DNA from: Callorhinchus milii
Lineage: Eukaryota
DNA: 64,000 nt
Direction of reading: 5' to 3'
NCBI RefSeq assembly: GCF_018977255.1
Contig: NW_024704743.1
Location: 67,458,001 to 67,522,000 of the forward strand
In this document: positions 26,374 through 38,220 of the stretch, piece by piece
How positions within the stretch are numbered: position 1 is the first letter of the stretch
How the letters are laid out: each line of letters starts with the position of its first letter
The notes under the pieces: generated by a model
Seen by the model: the letters and a program-made list of their open reading frames with translations, nothing else
What the model was told of the DNA's origin: nothing
The model's database searches: none
Made by a program: the position numbers and the translations under genes

Positions 26374-26681
26374 AGTCCTGTAGCTCAGTGGTTAGAGCAC
26401 TTGCTTTACAAGCGAGAGAGCTCGGTTCGATTCCCGGCAGGGTGAAACCTTGGGCAAGTTTCCTTACTCCACACATCTGATAATAATCCCTCAAGAAAAA
26501 AAACAATAATAAATTGGTCATTTCAATCCACGACTGTTTGTGAGACACTGCTGTGCGTAATTGGCTGCTGCGTTTCGCCCACAAATACACAGTCAATTCA
26601 ATTTACTTCTGTGAAGCGCTTTGTGACGTCTAGAAGACGTTAAAAGCGCTATATCAAATGCAAGGATTATTATTATTATTA
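26374..26681 (+). mobile_element. Full-length tRNA-Ala-derived SINE
   Basis: GTCCTGTAGCTCAGTGGTTAGAGC A box, GGTTCGATTCC B box and (ATT)n tail. Confidence 0.9.
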
Positions 26682-27300
26682 CATTCCAAACATGGGAATT
26701 CCCATGGAATAGATTGCACACATGGAACTCTCAGATTGGTTTGGGTACTTTTAAGTATGGTAATGAGTACAAATGAATAGAGAACATTCAGGAATGTTCC
26801 CATTGATTATAAGTGTCTTGTCCCTGTTGCTCTGATGCAAGAAAGGCTGCTTGTAAAAATAGATGTAAAGTTAGCTAAACAGAAGAAGCCATTCAGTTTA
26901 TCCCTGGGTATGTTTGTTTAGGTTTTATCTAGGAGTATCATGGAGATATTTGTTTTCAGGTATCTCCTATCGTCCATGAGTTATTTTCGGTTTTGCGTTT
27001 TTCACTGCAGTTACATCAGATGGCCACCCAGTCAAAATTATGCTGTGACATCGTGTGTTACAGAGCACCTAAGTGTGTACGCGACCACTGCAGTTACAAA
27101 TGGTGGCCACGTCGGCTGGCCATGGTGCTGTGTCATCTTGCGTCACAGAGCAAGCACGTAGCCAAACGGTGGGAACAAAATAAAGAACACAGGTGAAGCT
27201 AAGCCGCTGCAACAACAACTAAATTACATTGTTAAAACGCTGTTTCCTTCCACTGAGTCATCCCAACAGAAGTCTTCTCACAGGAGTCCTCCCAGATGAG

Positions 27301-27407
27301 TATAGATAAAGACTAAATGTCTGTCTGTGTGTGTGTGTCTGTGTGTCAATCTACATTCCATATTGGATCCTTTGGTTGCGAGCATAACTGCAACGGGTAC
27401 GGGTAGT
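27301..27407 (+). mobile_element. Possible non-autonomous mini-Helitron
   Basis: 5' TATAGATAAAGACTAAATG is followed by a (CTGT)/(GT) microsatellite. There is a 3' subterminal hairpin GTTGC...GCAAC and the end GGGTACGGGTAGT (CTAG-like, 1 mismatch). Confidence 0.4.
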
Positions 27408-27463
27408 CTTATATAACCATATCATTCGGAGAGGGTTTATTGGATGTCTGAAATATCCGGAAA

Positions 27464-27521
27464 CCTTCTCTTTTGAATAGTCCCCATATTTCTTTATACG
27501 GGGACTATTCAAAAGAAAAGG
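27464..27521. repeat. 22-bp inverted repeat (pre-miRNA-sized hairpin) at the start of a DeuSINE fragment
   Basis: CCTTCTCTTTTGAATAGTCCCC pairs with GGGGACTATTCAAAAGAAAAGG. The right arm continues into SINE sequence to about 27710. Confidence 0.85.
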
Positions 27522-30500
27522 GTGTTTCTCCTGGTCAAAGATCAACCGGAAAACAATTCTTATTCACTTCAACCCTATTTGTGGGACATTGCATTGTGCA
27601 AATTGACTGCCGCATTTACTTACAAAATACGCAATACTACACTTAATTCCAGTAATTCCAATGAAGCATCTTGATGATGTATTAAGACATGTATCAAATA
27701 CAAGGATTATAAAAATTATAAGTATATTATAATACACTTCAAATGATCTTCAAAACCACATAATTTCATTCTAGTCATGAGCATGTAACTTCATTCACTG
27801 TCGTAAATGCAAATTGTTTACACATCAAATAGTCAAGTAAGCATTAAATGAGCCTGCATTCAGATCAAGTTGTGGGACTCATTGCTATTGGAAGGTAAAT
27901 CTACATTAAGGTGAAGCCTGTCATCGCTGGATCTTACCGCCGAACACATCATGCACAGATATAGCTGCAGTAAAGTGCAAAACTGCTTTCTAATTTCTTT
28001 CCACTTGGGAAATATTAAATAAAGTCTTAACATCCAAATAAAATCTCAATCATTGGTGAGGTGCAGCACCACATCTACAGCTGGCAGCAGGAATTATCAA
28101 AATGAAATCAAATCAGTGTGCAGCAGGTACACAGTGCGAGACCATTTCTTATTTATTTAAACCTTCCTGTTAAACAGAAAGACATACTGTGATGATGAAG
28201 GATACATTTTGCTTGAGGGCACATTTTACATTTTGCTACCTGATGTTTGATACTTCTGACTTCACCCAGTGGATGCATCAGTTGAAATGTGTATCCTATA
28301 TCTTGATCATTGAGATCTTTGACAAAGTCTGGTTGCTTGCAAATGCTGCTGATAAATGTGGTTGATCGATAGAGCTTCTTTAGAAAACTTCTGCAATCTG
28401 GTTACAACTGCAAAGAGGCAAGAAAATGTTCATCTTCCATACAGGGGCCAATCTACTCTGTTACACTAACACAGGTATATGTTTTCGAAAAAAGGACAGG
28501 AAGGTCAGGCTTGTGGCTGTGATGCCTCTCAATGATCAAATAGCCTGCAGATACTCTCTGTTCATATATTGGGCTTTTTCTGTGCTGGAAATATCTATGG
28601 TTCTATAATATTATATTAAGAAAGGCCCCTTGGGTGTGAAAATGAAGGTTGACCTTTCTCTCTATTAAACCATATCTCAGCGCCTTCAGGAGAGGAAAAT
28701 ATATAAATAAACTTCGGACTTCCAACACTAGGCATTAGATATTGTGTTACTTGGAGCCAGAAATGTTGAAAGATCCTTTATTTATGAAGAAAAATGCATG
28801 AGTCAGAAGTGAATATACAAACATTTGAGATGCTGCTTGCTACAAAGCATTGTAAAAGATAGAGATTTTGTCTAGATTGTCCTTAACTCCACCAAATGCC
28901 AGAGGATACAAACAATCAAACCTGAATGCTATCCATTTTATGAAGGCAAAATCCTGCAAGCTGGAGATTCATTCCTGTGTCCCAGAGCTGGTGTGGTCCA
29001 TTCGTCTTTACTATGAGGAATTCCATGAAGTATGATAATGATTTATTATTCATTTCAGATAAAGACGGTGATCTCACATATAGGATTACATTTAATTACA
29101 GAGTCCTACATCAAATATAGGGAAGAAGTACAGTAATCGAATGCTCTGTGAAATGTTTCATTACAAAGGGTCATGTCAGGTATAAACCAATAAATAGCCA
29201 TGCACTATTAACCTTTTAGATTTATGTCAGCAATGGACAGTGACATTTTAGCATATCTGGTGCTATTATTATAGGCAATGATCGTGAATATAGAACAGGC
29301 TGCTATCAACCTTTTCTCAAAGCTATGAGATAAATTCACTTCAACGTTGCGTTTCCAAAATGCAATGTTAGTCTAACATTAAGGAAACTGAAACAATTAT
29401 TTTACTAAGGATACCATTCCTCACACTGGATAAATGTGTTAATTTAATTATCACGACAACCTCTAACATGGCCTCAAGTGGAGTGTATACAGGGCAAAAA
29501 TATCTGGCAATGCTAGAATCCTGAGTTAGGGATTCTTAACAAAACAAAATACTGTACCACTGCCATGGTTCAGTTTGCCAGATCACTTTACCCTCTCTTC
29601 TGATGTATTCCATGTGCTCGCCCTTTCCTGTGTTTAGATGAAGATTTTGTGGACCAAATAATGTAACCAAAATCTAAAACCAGAAAGGTACAATGGACAA
29701 GCAAAGAGTTACACTTCATGGCTGTTTGTGAAACATTACTATTCGCAAATTGGCTGCTACATTTGCCTACAAAATGAATTTATTCCACTTTATTCTGTGA
29801 AATGCGCTGAGGCATCCTCCCGGCATGAAAGGCATTATACCAATGTAAGGATCATTAATATTAACCACTGGAATCATTTAGCAGTCCAGTATCCAGTAAA
29901 AGATATTTTCATCCCTGGTGCTCTCATTAAACAATTCCCAAGTGAGATGAGGGAATTGTAGCAATAGCAATTTCATTTGATCCCTCAATTCAATACTGGG
30001 GTTTTACTGCACTTTTTATGGAAATAATCAGCAAAAAAGACATGGCACAAATTTAAGTTCAGCAATCTTGAGGATTTTCTCCATTGTGCATGGGTAGAAC
30101 TATGATATTTAACACTCCCCAGAGGATGGGAAGCATAAATCAGCTCCACATCACCACTGCTGGAAGAGAACAGCAGCATAAACAAGGTACAATATGTCAT
30201 TTTGCTTTATGAATACATCAATACATAAATGCATTAAGCCTGACGATAAACAATGTAACAATCTTCTCCTAAAGCTTTCCTTTTGAAGATCACCATTTCA
30301 ATTGAAGCAGCAGCGCTACTGAAAAAATTCACAGCAGACCCTCAAACCACTGATTGCTGAATACTGCCTTTTTGTTCCTCAGAGTTCCCTGGTGATAGTG
30401 TTCCTTTATTGCAATGAGCTCTATCAGTTCTCACAGGCAGACCATGACGATTTTTTGTGTAGAAGATAATAAGGCAGAAACATTACATGAAATAGGAAGG

Positions 30501-31042
30501 CAGATACCTCCAGACTGCTGTAACTTTGGAGTGCATCCCCATGCTAGTTCTATTATTACTTGCACAAGATGCATTGATGCATTAGACCCTACGGGTTGGG
30601 GATCATCTACTCATTTACTAACTTTATCTTAAGACAAGAACGAGCTGGGATATGTAACTTTTAGGTGAGCTATAAAAGGAAATGTTTACTTTTGATCAGC
30701 CAGAAATAAACATTATGGTTTGGAGAGGAGGTACTGACCAAAATGTCCTGGCAGCAACAACTATTCAAATCTTCCTCTCGATTCCGGGAGATCCTCATAT
30801 CAGAGAGGCAATGTTATTCACTCTTAATCCAATTATTTTATAAAAAGAGGGAGACTTCCTGTTATATTTATTGTGAAACTAGCCATGAATCTTTCCTCCA
30901 ATACCATCCAATCCATAATCCGTTTTACCAATTATACACAAGGCAATTTCAAGTTAAGTGTGCATATTCATATAAAATAGTTTGATCATCTTGGATGTCA
31001 AAACTTTGTGCATAACAACAAAACAATATTGTTTCTTATTGT

Positions 31043-31360
31043 AGATGTCAACCTGGCTTAAGTTGGTAGCACTCTCAGAAGGTTGTGGGATTTTCAGCTC
31101 AAAATTAGGCTAAAGGTTTAGTGCAATGTTGGGGGAGCACTGCAACGCTAGAGATACCATCCTTTGAATGAAACGTTAAACTGTAGTTCCAATTGCTTGT
31201 TCAGGTGGACATTAAAAGATCCCATTGCATTACTTAAAATAGAGAAGAAAGTTTTGACAAGCAATATCTAGGTCAACAATCCCTTCGATAAAATTGGTCA
31301 TTCACTTTATAGTTGTTTCTGGGTCATTGCTGCACACAATTAGCTGCTATGTTCACCTAC
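31043..31360 (+). mobile_element. DeuSINE-like SINE interrupted by a younger SINE
   Basis: CTGGCTTAAGTTGGTAGCACTCTC head and GAAACGTTAAAC...TTCAGGTGGACATTAAAAGATCCCATTGCA. A SINE-type tail resumes at about 31731. Confidence 0.75.
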
Positions 31361-31371
31361 CATTACATAAT

Positions 31372-31730
31372 TATTATAATAATAATAATCCTTGCATTTG
31401 ATGCGCCTTATCACATCTTTGAGATCTCTCAAAGCACTTCACAGAATATACTGTAAAGTGAATTGACTGTATATTTGTGCACAAATCATGGCAGCCAATT
31501 GCACACAGCAGTGTCCCACAAACAGTCGTGGATTGCGTAACTAAATTATCGTTATGTTATTTATTTTTGAAGGAATTATTACCCCTGGACAAGCGATCCG
31601 CCAATTAACTAATAACCAGGTTCTCACTTACTGCTAGGTGAACAGAGGCCTGTGGAGTAAGGAAAGCTGCCTAACATTTCGCCCTGCCTGGGAATCAAAC
31701 CCAGGTCCTACAATAAGATACAGGACTCCA
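31372..31730 (-). mobile_element. tRNA-Ala SINE, long subfamily
   Basis: (AAT)n tail, family body and GGGAATCAAACCCAGG...TACAGGACTCCA head. Confidence 0.85.
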
Positions 31731-31952
31731 CTATAAAGTGCTATATCAAATGCAAGGATTATTATTATTATTTATTATTTGGAAAGAGTAAATAATTTGT
31801 ATTGGGGTTCTAGCCAACAATTATTCAGATTAATTGGCCATTCACGTCAAAGCTATTTGTTGGACTCTGCTATATACAAAATGATTGCTTTGTTTACTCA
31901 AAAATGCAGTCAGTGTGCTTGACAGTAATTAGATGTGAAGTGTTTTGAGATG

Positions 31953-32170
31953 TTAGAGTTGCAAAGGGCAATTTAAGGACAGATACCAGGAAATTTCTCT
32001 TTAATCAGAGACTAATTAACAAATGGAACAGGTTGCCAGAAGTGTGGTTGAGGCCAGGACACTGGACTCATTTGAAAAGCAGCTTAATGCTGTAATGGGC
32101 GGATGATAGGGTGAGTATCCTAAAAATATGAGATCAAATGGGCCTTCTTTGTCCAAACCAATTATGTGAT
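31953..32170 (+). mobile_element. CR1 3' end
   Basis: KGQFKDRYQEISL/RKFLFNQRLINKWNRLP...FEKQL-like ORF2 end followed by a CAAATGGGCCTTCTT 3' UTR. Confidence 0.75.
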
Positions 32171-32408
32171 ATTGTTTCATTGCAGTCAGATGCTGTACAA
32201 AATCAAAGTTTTTTCTTTCTTGCATGACCTAAGCACATTTGGAAACAACTGTGACTAGGACAGTTTGATTGACCCTGATTTCAGCACAGAAAGACCATTG
32301 AAATGAGGAAATTTGCCCAAACATTTTTGTGGGCAATGAATACGATGGAAATATACTGCTTCTCATCGGCTGGGCCAATAGAAAAGTGCGACTGGACTTT
32401 TTCCGCAG

Positions 32409-32564
32409 AACCCGTAACAAACGGCCTCCTCCGCTACAAACCAGTACACACAGTGTACTTGAGCCCAGGGCTCTGCTCTCTGTTTGCTTGACGCTGCTCC
32501 TGTGGGTGCAGCTGCTCCAGTTGGGCATGGTGGCGCGGGGAATGGAAATCAGCCTCACCTGCTG
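32409..32564 (+). other. Candidate host exon (156 nt, phase 2-2) or first exon, in a CpG-containing unique island
   Basis: Acceptor actttttccgcAG and donor CTG|gtgagt. Open frame TRNKRPPPLQTSTHSVLEPRALLSVCLTLLLWVQLLQLGMVARGMEISLTC. CCAAT box at 32375-32379 and in-frame ggcATGG at 32527. Confidence 0.35.
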
Positions 32565-33339
32565 GTGAGTGAACCACAATAGAAATACCAGCTGCTATAC
32601 TGTGACTATTTGCTCGACCCCAAGCCTAACCTGAGCTTCTGGGACAAATTCTTGGTAAGTGCTGTACTATTGAAATTAACATTTTTAGTATTTTAAAACA
32701 TAACAAGAACAACAAATTACACTTGTATAACTCCCTTCACATCGGAAAGACATCCCAGGGCGCTGGAGAGTCAGGGTTTTTTGTAACTATATGTTCAGGA
32801 AATATATACCTATAATTATATTTGCCTCTAATTTTTGGCAAATATTTGCGCGGTTTTCTATTGACTGAAAAAAGCAGGAAAAGCAAAAAAAAAAGGCAGA
32901 AACCTACTTGTCCTTTTTGTGCTATTTTGTAAAAATAGGTGAAATTTGCATTTAATATCCATTTTGAACCAAGTGCAAAAATTTTCAAATTAACTCTTAA
33001 TAACTAATCAAAACCCAATTAACTTCATGACCCACTAAATGTTCGAATGAAACTTTCAAGCTGCCACTCAATTTTTAAACATGAATTAAAAAGCTCTACA
33101 ATCCAATATTTGTTAATTACACAAGTATCATGAGTGGCAATAACAAAATAGCTTGACTTTCATTTTATACCCTCTGTCCATTTGCTCGAAGATAAACTCT
33201 CCACTGCCTGTATTCTCTTCCAAGCTTCAGATACAAATGACCTTACCCATCCAATTCAATTCCCTCTGCAACAAAACCTTGCATCAATATACAGTATAGA
33301 GCTCATTATCCTCACATGATTAAATAATACACTGGCTTC

Positions 33340-33800
33340 AACAATAATTTGCACTTGTACAGTACTTTTTGTGTGAGATGATCATATCAAAGTGCTTCAC
33401 AAAGATGATGGGGATCATCGAGTGGGCAGAAAAGGGAAATTTGTTGTTAATGATCAAAGGCCAGATCAATCAGATGCATTTTTAAGAGGCAAAGAGAGAA
33501 AGCACATGTGTGGTCATAGTGGCTAAGGATCAGCACCAATAGATAATAATAATAGATGAACAGAAAGAGCAAGGACGAGCAGTAGAGAAATGTCTGAAGA
33601 GCGGAGGGTACAGGCAGGTCATTGTGATAGAGAAACTGCAGAGGTTGGGTGGGGCAAGATCGTGAAGAGATTTGAAACCATGATGAAGAATCATCTGGGA
33701 AATCAGGTGCCATTGGAACCAGACTTGGACAGGGAGGGTGACGTGTATTTGAGTCTTGGTAGGGAAGAGAATAAAGGCTGGGGAGTTTGGGATGAAATTC
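33340..33800 (-). mobile_element. Highly degenerate L2 3' fragment
   Basis: ACAATAATTTGCACTTGTACAG tail, a purine-rich antisense L2 body and GAAGAGATTTGAAACCATGATGAAGAATC. Confidence 0.5.
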
Positions 33801-34029
33801 TCAGGAAAGAACTAGACATTTGCAATGCTTTAAAATCTCTATTATCTCCAACAATAGTGGGAAACAGATTTATAAGTTTTACTTCCAACCTCTCTCATGA
33901 ATGAGGGAAGCTGAGAGCTGAGATCTTCACCTTTGTGCATAGCACCACTATCTGCCACTGAACAGTTTCTAAAGTCGTGAAAGAACAAGGAGAATAACTA
34001 GCTGTCCTATAGCATTACGTCCTTGTTTG

Positions 34030-34308
34030 GTGGGCTATTGCTGTGCACGTCTCTCGTTCCCTATGCTCCACCATCAGTGGCTGTAGTTTTCCGGTATCCT
34101 TCACAACTCTGAAATTCTCGCCACAATCCTTCCACCTAGCTCCATCCTTGCCGATCTTCAGATTGGATATAAAGAGTTTCCTTCTTTGACTGTGCCTACG
34201 GTTATCCCTTCTTTCTCCCTCGCTCAGTGTCAATCTTCACTACTGTTAAGCGCTCTGAGACACTACCCTGCATGAAAGGAGCTATAGAAATGCAAGTTGT
34301 TGCTGTTG
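34030..34308 (+). mobile_element. Old L2 3' end
   Basis: CTCCACCATCAGTGGCTGTAGTTTT...AAGCGCTCTGAGACACTACCCTGCATGAAAGGAGCTATAGAAATGCAAGTTGTTG. Confidence 0.7.
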
Positions 34309-34975
34309 GTGTGCACAATTTGGCAGTCACAGCGTCATTACACTTTACAATAAATCCTGTGAAGCATTTTGAGATATCCTTCTGATATATAAATTGCACA
34401 AATTATATATTACTTTTGTTGTTGTGAGAAATCTAAAGCCAAGAATTTTCAAATTTAACTTACTGCATTTTGATTTTAAAGTTTGTTGGAATCAGCTTCT
34501 GTGCAAAGTGAATTAATGCTGCAGCCACATAATTGATTTGAGCATGGCACTGAAAATCATATCAGTGCCCCAAACATGTGATTTATATTGTGCTATTAGC
34601 ATCGATTCAATGTGAAAATTGTATTGAATTGATGGTAAGAGTGCAATATAAATGGGCATAAAGATTTGACTCTTGACTGCAATATTACAGCTTCTGACCT
34701 CACGTCCATGTGCATGCAATGCATCAGAGAGTAACCTCTGCTTATGTAGTCGTTAAGATGAACAAATTAAATAAAAATATGTACAATGCAACCACCAGTT
34801 AGAACGCGCCTCACACCGCACAAATTTGCTTATAGCTCGGGTGTGTTGTGTGAGTGGCTTTTCGCACTGGAAAAGCCAACTTCCAAACTGCCACTTCCTA
34901 CTTGCTGTGCAAGTAAGTGACTTCAGTGGCAACCTAATGACTTTGATGCCGGCTTTTTGTATTTATTATTATATT

Positions 34976-35292
34976 ATTATAATAATAATAATGATTCTTG
35001 CATTTGATATAGTGCTTTTCATGTCGTCTAGACGTCTTGAAGTGCTTCGCAGAATATACTGTAAAGTGAATTGACTGTATATTTGTGGGCGAAACGCGGC
35101 AGCCAATTGCGCACAGCAGTGTCCCACAAACAGTCGTTGAGTGACCAAATTGTTATTGCTTTTTTTTTCTTGAGGGATTATTATCAGGCGTGTGGAGAAA
35201 GGAAACTTGCCCAAGATTTCACCCTGCCGGGAATCGAACCCAGGTGTCTCGCTTGCAAAGCGATTGCTTCAACTACTGAGCTACAGGACTCC
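34976..35292 (-). mobile_element. Full-length tRNA-Ala-derived SINE
   Basis: Antisense B box GGGAATCGAACCC, antisense head ACTGAGCTACAGGACTCCA and (AAT)n tail. Confidence 0.9.
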
Positions 35293-36784
35293 ACTCCACT
35301 ATTGTAAAGTATTTTGTTGAGAAAGTAATGTGCCTTAAAATTAGGAAGTAATTTCTCTCCCTCTCCCCTCCTATGTAAACTGGTCCATTATAGATTAGAA
35401 AGGCAAATATATTCAAAGTCAATGTTTAGATGTAAAGATGGTATTTTGTGCCCAATCAGAGCAGACACAGGAGGGGAGCATTCATCTAACAGCTAGGGGA
35501 ACACAATATTATTCCAGACAATGATGGATTCAAGTTTCCTTCAATTCATACCGTAGGCTAGGCACTATATTCTTATCTAGTCCAGCTCTGAGGATATCCA
35601 GCTTGCTTTGTGAGATTATCATTGGGATGAAGCTGACTTTAGTGGTTGTGGTGTTGTGGGGGGGGATAGGTGAAGGTAGGGAGAAGGGAAAGCAAACAAA
35701 AGGAAAAAGATTCAAACCGAATGGCCTTCAGTTCTGTCACACTGTGTTAAAAAAAATTACACATATGAAAGTCAATCATTAGCAAAGTAATACAGAACGT
35801 GTACTGTTTACAGGTCAATAATGTTTCAGGTCGATACAGAAGGTGGAAATTGCTCTAATTTGATTTTCTTCAAAGTGTCACTTTGCAGATTGGCAAAGCT
35901 AAGTGAATACTGGAACACTTTGTGCATGTCCTCCCCTTCATCTGTATGATTAATATCAGCATTCAGCGCACTTTGAATGTCTACACCTCCATTTGCATAG
36001 TTAATGTTCGTATTAATCAAAGATTGCAGATCTATGCCTCTACCTGAATACCTAATGTTACCACTCCAGCAGCAGACAGGCTCTGTGACAAGCTCCTTGT
36101 GGCGCCATTTGCTACATTTTTGAAAAATCTGAATAACTTTCTGTGTCTAATAGAAGTGTTTAGTTATTCACAGCTGGATAATCATTCAAGAGAAAAGACA
36201 TTAAAGGATCTGGAGAAAGGGTTGGAAAATATGAATAATAATATTGGCCAATAATATAAGGAGCGCTGGCACAGACACGATGGACTGAATGTTTTGTGTT
36301 CAAAATTCTTCTGTGTTTCAGTTTTTGCTCAGTTTAGAGGACATTAAAGTGCTGTTGCACATTCGAACAGGAGCCTGAGAATGTTTAGGGTTGGAACAAT
36401 TTCACCCAATGCCCAAGCACTGGGCAATTTATGTGTCAGCCTGGCTCAGTTGGTACACGTGTCTGAGTCAGAAAGTTGTGGGTCCAAACCCCATATCAGA
36501 ACCTGGAGCTCATATATTCTATGCCAGAGTTTATCAAACTTTATCATGGTGAACCTTCCTGAGCTAAGAAAAAAAATGTGCCTCCCCATAGTTTACTAAG
36601 ACAACACAAATAACTGAAAATCGTATACTTTGCATAAATACAAGTAATAAACAAAAAATTGCATTCCTATAGCGCTTTTCATGCCTGGAGGACATCCCAA
36701 GGTGCTGGACAATGAGGATTTGACCAGAGATAAAGTAGAAGGATTCTGATCATATTAACAAGATATCAAAATTGTTCATTTTAT

Positions 36785-37114
36785 TTCATAAAGCACCTTT
36801 GGGGCTATACTCTTCAATTACTTTTTTTGCCCTGTTAACTCATTCAACTTCCACTGAAAAACATCAGCTGGGTTAGATGCCTTGCTTCCTAGATACCTGT
36901 GTAACTTACAGGACGGCATTCTGTCATTTGCCAGAACTTCACCACATACAACACTCTGAGGCCATTGCTGGACCCTCTCCATGTAAATCCCAGTTTTAAA
37001 TAAACTTCATCATCTTTTCAGCTCCTGCGTTTTTCGCTGGTAACTCCACTGTTGCCATCACTTTGTCTTGTGGAGTATCGGTACGTTTTTCTCTCTTTGT
37101 CACAAACTATCCAT
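36785..37114 (-). pseudogene. Buster/Charlie-type hAT transposase N-terminal fossil
   Basis: Minus strand reads, across frameshifts and stops, MD(fs)FVTK...EKRRS*KDDEVYLKLGFTW...PQSVVCGEVLANDRMPSCKLHRYLGSK...FQWKLNELTGQKK. This matches the Buster consensus RKYDxxYLxxGF...PQCVxCGEVLANxSMKPSKLxRHLxTKH...FFQRKL. Confidence 0.8.
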
Positions 37115-37527
37115 TGATTGACCATTGAGGATTAATTGACATGCAGCCAACAGAGCCCCAACCCGTTTGAGCTTGTCACACTTCAGGTGATTCTGCTATT
37201 GGCTGCATACATATCAATCAGAGTAACTGCTCCACTCTCCCCTCCCTCCTTGCACTCCGATTGATGTGACATTTTATCCACACCCCTGTCAATCAGTCTG
37301 CATGTTACCTCCTCCCCCATTATCATGGGGATTGTTGTGATGGGAAGTGTTTTTGAAGGGTTTGGTTGTTCGGAGGTATCTTGTCACGGAATTTGGGTTG
37401 TTGCGGGAGCAGCTTTACTGGAACGCAGGGCCATTCCACAAAACCTGAGGCTTTTCGGAGGTTTGCAACTGATCCACCATTGGAATCTTGTTTGGCCCTC
37501 AACTATCCATTCTACCACACATCCATG

Positions 37528-38220
37528 CTGTGACCCGCTCTGCCTTCCCCCATCTCCGCAATATTGCCCGGCTCTGACACTGTCTCACAACGCAGGCCAC
37601 CGAAAGCCTCTTACACACATTCATCACATCTAGGCTTGACTATGCAAACTCCCTGCTTGACGGCCTCCGTGACTTCTCCCTCCATGGGCTCCAGATCATT
37701 CAGAACTCTGCAGCCTGTGTCCTCTCCCACACCAGGCTCTGTGACTCTATTACCCCTTCCTCGCCCTACTCGACTGGCTTCCCATCACACAGAGGATACA
37801 GTTCAAGATCCTGGTCCTCACCTTCAAAGCTCTCTATGGCCTTGCTCCCCCTCAACCCCTGTGACCTCCTAATCCCCTATCAATCTGCCCGCTCTCTCCA
37901 CTTACCGGGCTCTGGCCTGCTTCCCGTCCGCAGCCTCGCCCGCCCCACCATTGCTTGGGTGCGCCTTTAGCCATTCTGCCCCCACCCTTTGGAACTCCAT
38001 TCCACAGTCCCTCCGCCTCGCATCCTACCCTCCCTTGCCTCCTTCAAGACCGATCTCAAGACCCTACTCTTCGACTGTGCCTTTGACCTCCCTCCTTCCC
38101 CCCTGCCCTCTACCCTCCCCAATCCTGACTCCAGGCTCGGGTATGAAACACTGATTGTCCAGTGTCTTGGGACATCCTCTCGACGTGAAAGACGCTATAC
38201 AAATGTAATTTTGTTGTTGT
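37528..38220 (+). mobile_element. L2 LINE 3' ~0.7 kb
   Basis: SRLDYANS-like, LHWLP-like and RIQFKILVLTFK motifs, C-rich UTR, stem-loop and (TTG)n tail. Confidence 0.9.

Noticed and set aside
35826..36020. 64-aa minus-strand ORF with protein-like composition
   Set aside because: Non-ATG start, no convincing splice sites and no recognised motif.
37022..37080. Apparent + strand exon (ttttcAG ... TCG|gtacgt)
   Set aside because: It lies antisense within the hAT transposase fossil, so it is most likely coincidental.
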